Virus record (IMG/VR): IMGVR_UViG_3300022074_000295
Coordinates: 1 to 27,658 of that record
From: a virus
Taxonomy: Duplodnaviria; Caudoviricetes
DNA: 27,658 bases
Strand: one strand, 5' to 3'
The position numbers and the translations under genes were made by a program. Below the pieces are notes generated by a model that was not told the origin of the DNA, made no database searches, and saw nothing but the letters and a program-made list of their open reading frames with translations. Positions 19,701-27,600 of the stretch are shown piece after piece. How positions within the stretch are numbered: the first letter of the stretch is position 1; every line of letters starts with the position of its first letter.

Positions 19701-21469
19701 CAATGTATGCTGCTGTTGATGGCATACTTCTTGATGTAAAAAGAAATGCCTCTAATGGTGGCGAGACTACTGGTAGAGTTGGGTTAAGACTAGCTAATAA
19801 CAGCAATGGATTTAACATATATTATGGCGGAACAACTGATAGATTAAGATTTGTAGATGGTGGTAATACTGAGGTGCTGTCTTTAAAAAATGGTGGTAAC
19901 GTAGGCATAGGCGCTACTAATCCTGCGCAGAAGTTAGTCGTTAATGGTGGTATTCATGCCTATGGAAACATAACCACGCCAGCTTCAGGTACGCATGGCT
20001 TGTTAATGGACTATTACATTGCTGATTCTCGTTTTTGGTCGAGAGGCACAACAGGTGGTGGAACAAGAGGTGGCTTTAAGTTTTATCAGCTAGAGGCAGA
20101 TGGTACTAATCAGATAACTTCATTTGCATTAGACACCTCAGGTAATGCTTCATTTGGTTATGATGTAGATATATCAAGTGACCTTATTGTTGATGGCAAC
20201 GTAGGTATTGGTACGGATAGTCCTTCTAGTATGCTTAACGTAAATACTACTGGTACATCTAATTTTGGACTTAAATTAAGTCGTAACGACTCTGCAACTG
20301 ATGGATTTGAATTTACATACACACCCTCAAGTGCTGTAGCATTTATTGACGCTAAATACCCAGCTTCATCAGGTCAGGTATATGGTGATATAGTATTTAG
20401 GCATAATGTTGGCGGCTCTCAAACTGAAAGAATGAGATTAGAAGCCGACGGTGGTAATGTAATTATACAAGAAAAAGTAGGTATTGGTACTGATGACCCA
20501 AAAGAACTTCTTCACATTTATCAACAAGGTACAGTTAGTAATTATTATGACGAAGGAGCGTTACAGATTGGGGGTCCTTCAACTAGCTATGGAGCATTAC
20601 TATCGTATCATGGCTCAAGTTCAGGTAGGGTTTCTTTAAGTAGTCTGTATAATACTGGTGGAGCAAACGCTACTTTATCATTTGGCTTTGGGGGTATAAA
20701 CACAAGTGGCAGACCTACTAACGAAGTCCTTACTGTAAATCAGGCAGGCAATGTAGGTATTGGTACTACTTTGCCTAATGCACAACTTGAAGTTCTTAGT
20801 GATGGTTCGGCTGCTGTTGGTGCTGAAATTAGACTTCAACACGCTAACAACAACTCTACAGATGTAGTTTCTACAGTAAACTTTGCTAATAATGCTGGCT
20901 CTGTCGCAATGATACAGGGGGGTACAACTGGAGCAAATAATACTGGATATATTTCTTTCTTTACTGATAATGCTGGTACATCTTCAGAAAAGATGCGCAT
21001 CTTATCAAGTGGTGGTATCACCTTCAATGGAGATACAGCAGCTGCCAATGCTCTTGATGACTACGAAGAGGGAACGTTTACACCACAGATTCACGCAGGG
21101 GCAAGTAACCCTTCCTTTAACTCTAATAACTATGGTAAATACACTAAGATTGGTAACGTAGTACACTGTTCAGGTAGGTTTAGCGTAAATTCAATTACAG
21201 CAGGCTCATCAAGTACAAACGTAGAACTAGGTGGTTTACCATTCGCTGCTAACACACCTCTTGGCACAAGCACAGGAGCTATTGCAGGAAGCATAGGTTT
21301 TGCAACTGGGTTTGCAGGTGAAGCGCCAACTATGATGCAAATTAGGGATGGTGAAACCAATGCTTTTTTATATTTTCAAAACTCAAGTTTAGGAATTAGT
21401 AACTTAAAGGGCAATGACTTCGGGACTGGCGCACACTCTATTGTATTTCAAATAACTTATCACGTTTAA
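13733..21469 (+). CDS. Long tail fibre / receptor-binding protein (2578 aa)
   Basis: Rich in Gly/Thr/Ser/Asn, with repeated GNVGIGT fibre motifs, DLDGRYL and HNHNDLYYTE repeats, a ConA/LamG-like insert and a C-terminal LDDYEEGTFTP domain. Confidence 0.9.
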   Translation: MAANKNKRKLRAPKVADSELSRVVTDIYDELNKLSGGLSDATEQRIKITTISQSDLPLNPVFQTVTANTFTGNLIGNVTGDVTGSINLNQGKVFIGDANNKAVATTFGIVNEASPSGGGSLAYNNGTFTFTPASVPSLTGYVQTISTSATSGLSSNESSGTVTMSLDVNRLTAETTVTSGDFLALSQSGNTKKVTLANIDLNLLNNNNSGFINDYTVTQADVTQHQAALSITESQISDLQSYLTAHPTIGGNAITQNNSGNSFIQDLTFDGNGHVTAVASATASFTNTNYYLNGANWATGTGVLTLNVQGASDVTVDLDGRYLTALPSHNHNDLYYTESEVDGFLSGKDNYQSWTISDSVSPTPNTEAITSGSTLKFAGSGATTVTYNPSNNIMTISSTDTNTDTNSFVSAGSYNASTKDLTLTITGQTDPVIDLTAIDADKLDGQEGSYYLNYNNLNNLPSLNFDNYDHWTLTVGTDSSDISSNDAVTFIAGTNVTLNKSGTNVTINSSLPSGAIDTITTSNTSGLSSNESSGNVTLNLAIGNLTAITTADSQDSIAILDGSTTKKITLDNIPLSAFNDDSTFLKDADFTSNGFLKRTGNGTYAVDTNTYLTSETSHSDVLVDGDFATAGFMKTNGSGTYSVDGSTYLTSVSSSDVTQHLSVVTQSANAGGELSLVNGEFRFKPAAVSSFIALTDLSAANDTLNTSTSGSLSYSNGTFTFTPPDLSGFLTSLPSHNHNDLYYTETELNAGQLNNLYYTESEVDGFLGNKDNYDHWTISDGTNSGDIDTGATLTVAAGTGITTAYSSSTQTLTIESTLAGGDITAVNTATGSGLSGGASTGAANLQISVLNLTDMTDDVVGGNDELIIRDASVVGNQTRRKAISEIKLSQFNNDAGFVTSTGDNTFVTSASFNTGDGVLTLTRNDSNTVTADLDGRYLELGGGTLTGDLTLGNNSTDRRLRVYYSDNAYTEVRGYGIQFDRASSYIRPTGDNTKDMYFGEINKTWRNISFDATAVQFSKNNVDYLTINSSGDVDISNDLNIDGSFTNTNGNASWRKSGSNYTATWIDDKTVKFVKSSSSYAATTPYAEHQNFIATFSFKTSNATHLGLVYHGQNSPSEDGYNVIIRSSNTVRVQKRQTNVGQSYLIGGVNGTAISGVDIDDGNWHRVTVQVISQKIRVDIDGNQIINGEINDTTFTEGGVGYIAFDGTVEFNNLEVQEIPSTTFIDTLNLNGISEGASNTVALMWDPGKNVTYRTLGSNAFNSDTIPTASDFLPITGGTLTDDLKINLNTNAQGNFVDNIGEVGSGNFCLQVSNSAENALKPLGFRAEKFIFANGNVGIGTDSAEKKLHINDVTQANQAIRFGNPTATPYGEINYDASGFEHLYIRAKGTTTGYGNIVFETGGSLAEAMRIKSSGTILGTGTYTAGNSIKIFEARRSGGAVASDWSYDDATTDMSLGTSTAHRFSLKTSDTNRLTIDSSGTVLVGADSDTGTGAGHVLFANGASYQVRDGGFTALFKRLNSDGEILRFYKDSAQIGSIGSDVSRLSVNSSGNNIFLQVGGSTKMAIDTNGKVYPGTHNANDLGFSTSHAWRDLYLSGDAYIGDALDVGGNVDIDGKLTLDPNSLTNGIINTPASLRINIDSNNNNTGEKFVIGHNQDSINNNNELFVVNESGDVEIAGNVTATNILTVAGAGTGSPFLQFTQGGTQKAYIQYADSGDSFELQSDNQFVVRTGGSTTAFTINNSQHATFSGDVVAPLFETTGTGYLYLGGHVRLNNPGSGTFKIGQYNGSSWNDTLNITNDGNVGITGDVEFSGNTLISTDTSDGSDNAQIIISGGGASGDTRGASIHASGNEHGNGGLLQLRAGSGTVSEIRSYTSGTERMRITSAGDVNFYGVSQNADMVWDRSAKSLGIGETIPTSKLSIKGAQAAIDITRGTSGDSKWGFSSDSTSLYIAELSTGATNYVMAIKDSGNVGIGTTSPTSKVSITDSATMYAAVDGILLDVKRNASNGGETTGRVGLRLANNSNGFNIYYGGTTDRLRFVDGGNTEVLSLKNGGNVGIGATNPAQKLVVNGGIHAYGNITTPASGTHGLLMDYYIADSRFWSRGTTGGGTRGGFKFYQLEADGTNQITSFALDTSGNASFGYDVDISSDLIVDGNVGIGTDSPSSMLNVNTTGTSNFGLKLSRNDSATDGFEFTYTPSSAVAFIDAKYPASSGQVYGDIVFRHNVGGSQTERMRLEADGGNVIIQEKVGIGTDDPKELLHIYQQGTVSNYYDEGALQIGGPSTSYGALLSYHGSSSGRVSLSSLYNTGGANATLSFGFGGINTSGRPTNEVLTVNQAGNVGIGTTLPNAQLEVLSDGSAAVGAEIRLQHANNNSTDVVSTVNFANNAGSVAMIQGGTTGANNTGYISFFTDNAGTSSEKMRILSSGGITFNGDTAAANALDDYEEGTFTPQIHAGASNPSFNSNNYGKYTKIGNVVHCSGRFSVNSITAGSSSTNVELGGLPFAANTPLGTSTGAIAGSIGFATGFAGEAPTMMQIRDGETNAFLYFQNSSLGISNLKGNDFGTGAHSIVFQITYHV

Positions 21470-21473
21470 ACTT

Positions 21474-21728
21474 ATGCTAGAAAAAACAGAATCATATACG
21501 TCTATAGACATCAAAGAACTTGGACAGGTGTCCTTACGAAAAACGACACGAGTAACTGACGATGGAACGGTCATATCCGAAAGCCATCACAGAGAGGTTA
21601 GGGTTCCTAACCAAGACATTACAGACCTGCCACAGCACGTGCAGGACACCATTAACGCATACTGGACTCAAGATGTCATAGATGCGTGGAACGAATTACA
21701 ACAACAAATAAACGAAGAATCACAATGA
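21474..21728 (+). CDS. Tail-fibre-associated small protein (possible chaperone or tip protein)
   Basis: Directly after the fibre, with motif GQVSLRK...DDG.VIS.S.HR...LP..VQ..INAYWT. From recall, this type follows LDDYEEG-ending fibres in aquatic phages. Confidence 0.7.
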   Translation: MLEKTESYTSIDIKELGQVSLRKTTRVTDDGTVISESHHREVRVPNQDITDLPQHVQDTINAYWTQDVIDAWNELQQQINEESQ

Positions 21729-22006
21729 GCCATATAACAACCCAATACGAAGCAGTGACTATTGACCCTAGTGGGTCAGTATCAGTACGAGTCAGCAAGA
21801 TATTTGTTGACGATAACGAAATAGAAGTAGCAACCGCCAGAGAGAAGCAATACTTTCAGAGGGATGCTACGATTACAGGTTTACCAGATCACTACCAGTC
21901 AGCTATCAACGCTTTTTGGGCGGGCCTACCCGCCATAGAAGAACCAGTAGAAGAAAAAACTAGCACTCAGGAAATTGATACAGAAGAAACCTCTATTGGC
22001 GAATAG
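21725..22006 (+). CDS. Second, paralogous tail-fibre-associated protein
   Basis: The likely start is ATG 21725 (ATGA overlap), not 21686. It aligns with the preceding protein: GSVSVR..VDD..LPDHYQSAINAFW versus GQVSLR..TDD..LPQHVQDTINAYW. Confidence 0.7.
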   Translation: MSHITTQYEAVTIDPSGSVSVRVSKIFVDDNEIEVATAREKQYFQRDATITGLPDHYQSAINAFWAGLPAIEEPVEEKTSTQEIDTEETSIGE

Positions 22007-22054
22007 TTATAACTTTTGTACATTATAATAATTTAACGTTAATTAATAATAATT

Positions 22055-22204
22055 ATGGAACGACTAGAACAACTAAAACAACAACGAGAACAACTAATAC
22101 TTCAACTTAACGAAGTTGACTATCTTATTAAAGGATATGAAAACACCATCGCTGAAAAAGCAAAAGAAAGTGAAGAAGAAGTAGAAGAAGTAAAGGAGGA
22201 CTAA
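22055..22204 (+). CDS. Small acidic coiled-coil protein (49 aa)
   Basis: Not in the ORF track. MERLEQLKQQREQLILQLNEVDYLIKGYENTIAEKAKESEEEVEEVKED*. Confidence 0.75.
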   Translation: MERLEQLKQQREQLILQLNEVDYLIKGYENTIAEKAKESEEEVEEVKED

Positions 22205-22205
22205 A

Positions 22206-22370
22206 ATGCCAAAACGAGGATTATATGCTAATATACATGCTAAACGAAAACGTATTAAAGCAGGAAGTGGTGAGAAAATGAGAAAGCCAGGTAGCAAAGG
22301 AGCTCCTACGGCTAAACAATTTAAACGAGCTGCTAAAACTGCAAAAAAAAGCAAAAGATATGGCAAGTAA
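22206..22370 (+). CDS. Small highly basic protein (54 aa)
   Basis: Not in the ORF track. MPKRGLYANIHAKRKRIKAGSGEKMRKPGSKGAPTAKQFKRAAKTAKKSKRYGK*, with AAGGAGG just upstream. Confidence 0.85.
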   Translation: MPKRGLYANIHAKRKRIKAGSGEKMRKPGSKGAPTAKQFKRAAKTAKKSKRYGK

Positions 22371-22626
22371 AAAAGATTCTCGTTTAGCACGGGCAGGCGT
22401 TTCGGGTTTTAATAAGCCCAAGCGCACGCCCAGTCATAAAACAAAATCTCATGTAGTAGTTGCCAAAGAAGGCAGTAAAGTAAAAACTATACGATTTGGT
22501 CAGCAAGGTAAAACTGGTGATAAAACTATGACCAAAAGAGCAAAAAGTTTTAAAGCTAGACATGGAAAAAATATAGCTAAAGGCAAAATGTCTGCAGCAT
22601 ACTGGGCAAATAAAGTTAAATGGTAA
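22360..22626 (+). CDS. Small highly basic conserved phage protein (88 aa)
   Basis: KSHVVVAKEG..VKTIRFGQQG...KSFKARH...SAAYWANKVKW. From recall, widespread in uncultured aquatic phages; function unknown. Confidence 0.85.
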   Translation: MASKKDSRLARAGVSGFNKPKRTPSHKTKSHVVVAKEGSKVKTIRFGQQGKTGDKTMTKRAKSFKARHGKNIAKGKMSAAYWANKVKW

Positions 22627-22632
22627 ATTATT

Positions 22633-22758
22633 ATGTATAAAAAATATAGTCCTAAACAAAGAAAAATAGCTAAAGCAGCTAAACCTAAAGGAAAAATTAC
22701 AGGTGCTGATTTTAAAGCACTAAGAAAAAAGAAAAAGTCAGGATATAAGAAGAAGTAG
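22633..22758 (+). CDS. Small highly basic protein (41 aa)
   Basis: Not in the ORF track. MYKKYSPKQRKIAKAAKPKGKITGADFKALRKKKKSGYKKK*. Confidence 0.75.
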   Translation: MYKKYSPKQRKIAKAAKPKGKITGADFKALRKKKKSGYKKK

Positions 22759-22808
22759 TATTTATTTGCTACTTATCTTATATTTGATTATAACTAAATA
22801 AAAATATT

Positions 22809-23438
22809 ATGTCTTACAACCCTTATCAAGGATATCAAGCAGCAAGCAATCCTAATGCAGGAAATATAGGCAAGGTCGGAGGATCTTTAGCTAAAATTGG
22901 TGGAGCAGTAGGAGTATTAGGTGGTTTAGGAAAAGTAGGTGCTTTTTTAGCCAACCCTTTGGTTGGCGCAGGAATAGGTTTATTAGGTGGTCTTATAAGA
23001 ACTAAAAGAGCGTCAAGAAGACAAACATCTGCTATGCCATCTGGCATGCAACAATTAGTTTCTCAGTTACAAGAACCTGATATAGAAGAGTTCAGAGAAA
23101 TAGCAAGACAAGCGGCGCCTTCTCAACAAGATTTAATGAGGTTAGCAGCGGCTACAGGAGGTAGTCAAGCAAGCGCTACTGCTCAAGCAATGGGTGGGCA
23201 AACTAGAGCTATGGATGCAGCATTAAGATCTTTTCAACAACAAGAACAAGCCAATCAAGGGTTACTAGCTAATCTTTATTCTCAACAATACGGCGCTATG
23301 CAACAAGACAGAGCCTTTAGACGCCAAACAGGCGTAGATATATTTAGTAATATAGCTAACCTAGGGGCAGGTATACTAGGTCAAGGTTATGGAGATAAAT
23401 TATTTAAAGATAGACAAAATCAAATGGGTGGTTACTAA
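22809..23438 (+). CDS. Putative ejection/internal virion protein
   Basis: Gly-rich hydrophobic N-terminal segment, Gln/Ala-rich helical middle and Gly-rich C-terminus. It is the first of three genes of increasing size, as in podophage ejection modules. Confidence 0.65.
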   Translation: MSYNPYQGYQAASNPNAGNIGKVGGSLAKIGGAVGVLGGLGKVGAFLANPLVGAGIGLLGGLIRTKRASRRQTSAMPSGMQQLVSQLQEPDIEEFREIARQAAPSQQDLMRLAAATGGSQASATAQAMGGQTRAMDAALRSFQQQEQANQGLLANLYSQQYGAMQQDRAFRRQTGVDIFSNIANLGAGILGQGYGDKLFKDRQNQMGGY

Positions 23439-24640
23439 TGGCTATTAATTTTGCAGAAGTATTTTTACGAGAGTCAGGGGCAGAACAAGATAGAGCGCAA
23501 AGCATGGCTGAAATGCAATTACGTGCTAAACAGTTTGAGCAAAACTTAGCTGTTGCAGAAGCTAATGTAGAAATAAATAAGTTAGCTCAAGCATTAGAAA
23601 GAGATAAATTTAATCAAAAAACTTTAGATGATGCTAGTAAAGCGGCAGAATTAGCTAGACAGTTTGATGCTAATTTGCAAAATAGAAAAGATGAATTTAA
23701 AGCTGAACTAACCCTTAAAAAAAGTGAGCTTAATTTATCAGAAAAGCAATTTGAGGAACAAATACGTCAATTTAATAAAGCCCAAGATGCTGAATTAAAC
23801 AGATTGAAAGTAGATGCTGCTATTAAATACAAATCATTAGAGCAAGACCAGCAACAATTTTTAGAAACAATGGGGCAGAATGAAGAGTTTTTCTATGCAG
23901 ATATGAATTTTAAGTTACCAGAAAGAGATGCCAACATAGAAGCACAAAGATCAATAACAAAAGGTCGAGAGATACAAAATTCAGTAAATGAAATTCAATT
24001 AGGTATAGCAAAAAGAGGAGATGAGTTTGCGCAAGAACAAACTTCTGACAAAATAAAAATATTATTAGGTTTTAAGCCTGAAGATAATTTAACAAATGAA
24101 AAATCTGAATTTATTGCAATAAGGCAATTAAAAGAAAAAGGATTAGAATTAACACAAAAACAACAAGAACTTGCGCAGGCTCAACAAACTTATTTTGAAA
24201 GACCTAATTTGTCATTTGAAGAGGCTGCTGAATCTGTTAAACAAGGTCCATTTTCACGATTTAAAACTGTAAGTCCATTTGAAAGAAATGTTTTAAACCC
24301 AATTAAAAATGTTCTTGGTCGTGCCGTTTTAGGTGAAATTCCTAGTATGGAAGGAAGAATGATGAGGGGTTTAGAGTCAGAATATGGAGTTAGAAGTAAA
24401 TCTCTTCTTGAGGCTTTACAACAAAAATCAACAGAAGGAAGTATTGTTCCTGGAATGAATCCTGATCTTAGAAATATATATCAAGGCCAAGCTGCTTTAA
24501 ATGTGTTAAACCCAGATCCATTTAATCTTAATATTAACACAAGTACAATAGCTGGACCTAATTATCCTTTTTATGGGGCTGATTATAGTAATTATATTCA
24601 AATGATGATGCCTCAAGAAGAGGTTATACCGGAACAATAA
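23438..24640 (+). CDS. Putative ejection (DNA conduit) protein, long coiled coil
   Basis: Glu/Gln/Lys-rich helix with recurring (R/K/Q)QF motifs. TAATG overlap with the upstream gene. Confidence 0.6.
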   Translation: MAINFAEVFLRESGAEQDRAQSMAEMQLRAKQFEQNLAVAEANVEINKLAQALERDKFNQKTLDDASKAAELARQFDANLQNRKDEFKAELTLKKSELNLSEKQFEEQIRQFNKAQDAELNRLKVDAAIKYKSLEQDQQQFLETMGQNEEFFYADMNFKLPERDANIEAQRSITKGREIQNSVNEIQLGIAKRGDEFAQEQTSDKIKILLGFKPEDNLTNEKSEFIAIRQLKEKGLELTQKQQELAQAQQTYFERPNLSFEEAAESVKQGPFSRFKTVSPFERNVLNPIKNVLGRAVLGEIPSMEGRMMRGLESEYGVRSKSLLEALQQKSTEGSIVPGMNPDLRNIYQGQAALNVLNPDPFNLNINTSTIAGPNYPFYGADYSNYIQMMMPQEEVIPEQ

Positions 24641-24641
24641 A

Positions 24642-27600
24642 ATGACAGAAGAAGAATACGGCAAAAGATATACGGATCTTGTAAGGCTGTATCGTTCTAG
24701 TCCTGCCTCTTTTAGCTCTGATGATGTTGATCAAATAGAATATATAGCAAAAACATTAGGCAGAAGATTTTCTAGAGACCCTCAAGCAGCTGAAGAAACT
24801 TTAGGTAAACAGGTAGGTGACGTTATAGGTCAGTTTACTAGTGGTCTTGTTAGTGGCTTTACTACTATACCTATAGGAGATGACCCCGAAGATATACCTG
24901 AAGCAATAGCGAGGAGCATAGGACAGTTAAGTGGTTTTCTTGGATATGTACCTGGTTTAGGTATGGCTACAAAAGCAGGAGCTATGGCATCTGCTAGAGT
25001 ATTAACTAAAACTGCAGGGCTTACTGCAAAAACCTCTCCTAAGGCTTTTAAAGCTGCTATGCAGGGTAGAAGAGCAGTTAAACAATTTGACACCGCTATA
25101 AGGCAGCCAGGCGCTTTAGCTGGCAAGTCTATTCCAATGATGGTTGGTAAAAAAGCTACCGAGTATGCTAAAAAGTATGTATTGCCTCCTGTAAATAATC
25201 AAGCAAGAAAATATTTTAGTAAAGGTGTAGCTGAAGGGTTAGAAGATTCTTTTGAAACTGCTGTACAATTAGGTGCTGCGAGCGCCATATCTAGTTGGAC
25301 TGGTGGTGTAGATCAAATAATTAGAGGTGGTTTGTTTGGCGCAATAGAAGGTGGTGTATTTAGAGGCATTACTAATGCTACCCAGTTAGGCAAAATGATA
25401 GCTAAGGGAGGCAAGGAAGCTAAACAAGCTAATCTTGCAATACGTACTATATCATCAAGTATATATGGTGGTATGCAAAGTAAAACATTTGGTGATCCTA
25501 TAGAGTTACAAGTATATCATTATTTGCTTGGTGCATTTTTTGGTATAACAGATGTTCCTTTTTCACAAAGAAAAGCTATAGAGTTTGTTAATAAATCTAC
25601 AGGGTTAAGTAGGGAAGAAGCCCAAGCAGGGCTTACAGAAAGAATGTTAAATCCTGAGTTAAATCCTGGCTTTAAAGATTTAAGTAAAGAAGTACAAGAA
25701 GAAGTAGTAGATCAATTAGATCAAATGTTTGGCAAGCCTGGAGATGCTAGAGCAATATTTGGAGAGTCATTAAGACGAACATTGTCAGAAGAATCTAAAG
25801 AAAATATTGTACATGAGTTTGCTAGAAAGAAATTTGAAGAGTTTGCTGATTCAGATGAAAACTTAACGTTTGAAGAAGCTAAACAAAAAACATATGATTT
25901 TATAAAAGACAAAGATTTTAGCAGGCTAATAAGTAGTCCAGAGTTTTATTTAACAATGAATGATGGTGTAAAGGCTGAGTATGACCCTCAAAAAGGAGTA
26001 AACCTTTCTAATAAAGCTATTGTAGAATTATCATTTTTTGACCATGAAATACCCACAGTATTACAAGACCCATTGTTAAGGTGGGCTGAAAACTCTATAC
26101 CAGACCAACCAGAATTAGTAAATAGTTTAACTCTTGATTCTGGTAAAATTATAAATACAAGTATTAAAGAAGGAAGAAGTTTTGAGGAAGCAATCAAAGG
26201 TGTTAAAAATAATTGGTTTGCTAAAACAGGAAGTCTTTTGCCAGAATCTACAGAGTCTATAAATTTATTAAAAAAGTCTTTTAAAAAATTATCACATCAA
26301 AAAAGACAAAAGATATTAATATATGATGCTAATAAGACTGATGATACTAAACCATTCTTTACAGAAAGTGATGGTAATTTATCTGACTTTAGGTCTATTA
26401 ATGAATTTAAAGCAGACAGTGCTGTAGCAAAGGCTGTTAAACGTTTAATACCACACACTAAAAATAATATATTTTTATCAAAGTATACTGATACTGGTAA
26501 AATAGTAAGCACACTATCTAAAAACTTCTTTAAGATTACTCCAGATGCTGGTTATGATCTTGACATAAATGAAGTTAATAATTATGTAATTAGGGCAGGG
26601 CTAGAAGGTAAACCCGTAATTGCAGGTATTAAAGATTCAGGAAAAATAGTACATGCAAATGACTGGAATTTTGATGATAGCAATAGCGCTTGGCTTGTTG
26701 ATTTTACTACTAAGGTAGAGAATATAAATAGAATTGATGATAGTCTTGGTATTAGAGTAAGTATGACCGAGATAAACCCTGCGACAGACGGAATTAATAA
26801 TCCTGAATTAGTAGAAATTAAAATGGTTCAGGATAAATATACCTATAACAATATTAGATTATTAGAAGAATTAAATGGTTTATCTATAGAAGATATTGTT
26901 AGGTATAACAAAGAAGACAGAGATGCAGGTAGAAAAGAGAGGTTTATAACAAAACCAGAAGATATAAATAAAAGGATGCAACCCTTATCTGATGGTAATC
27001 CTCCTTTAAGTAAAGAAATAGGCAATATAAAAGCCGCTATTGTTAAGAGCGATGATGCTCAGCATTATTTAAAAATGTTAGATTTAGACGAAACAAATAA
27101 TGATGGTATTATTTTAGTGTCATCTAATATGTTTAAAAAAATAGCTAACGATATAGGTGCTGATGAAAATAAAGATGGGTTTTTAAAGTTTACTATTGCT
27201 GGTCAACAGGGTGATGGTAAGGGCATGATTATTGGTAAACTCGGCGCTTTTAAAGCAAGCAAAAAAACTGATCCGTTTTTAAAGAAAAATAAAATAGATT
27301 TTTTAATGTTTGATACCGCTGTAAAGCAAGCAGGATTAAGAGATATAAGTACATTAAAATTTACTAAAGAAGGAATAAGTATTGCAGAAGAAGGTGGATT
27401 ACAGTCATTTAATATAGATCCAGAAACGGTTAGAATAAACTTAAATGTTTATGAAAAAATGCCAGAAGACACAAGGCTTGTAAAGCAGTTTGTTTCTTTA
27501 ATGGATACACCTGAGTCTATTGAAAGGCTTACTAAAAATATTATTAGAATATCTTTAGATGGAAATGCAGAGACAAATAAATTAATACAGTCTCAAGATT

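Noticed and set aside
13733-22006. Diversity-generating retroelement or invertible segment acting on the tail fibre
   Set aside because: No reverse transcriptase or invertase gene, and no near-identical template/variable repeat pair seen. The repeats differ at synonymous positions of all kinds.
22765-22786. Bacteroidota-type promoter (TATATTTG) before the ejection genes
   Set aside because: The -7 match is present, but the nearest TTTG is only 10 nt upstream. Too weak to call in AT-rich DNA.
3216-27025. Numerous short antisense or alternate-frame ORFs inside structural genes (e.g. 3216-3554, 15139-15510, 17380-17784, 22094-22390, 24830-25126, 26843-27025)
   Set aside because: They are shadows of long or well-supported plus-strand genes, with no independent motifs or initiation signals.
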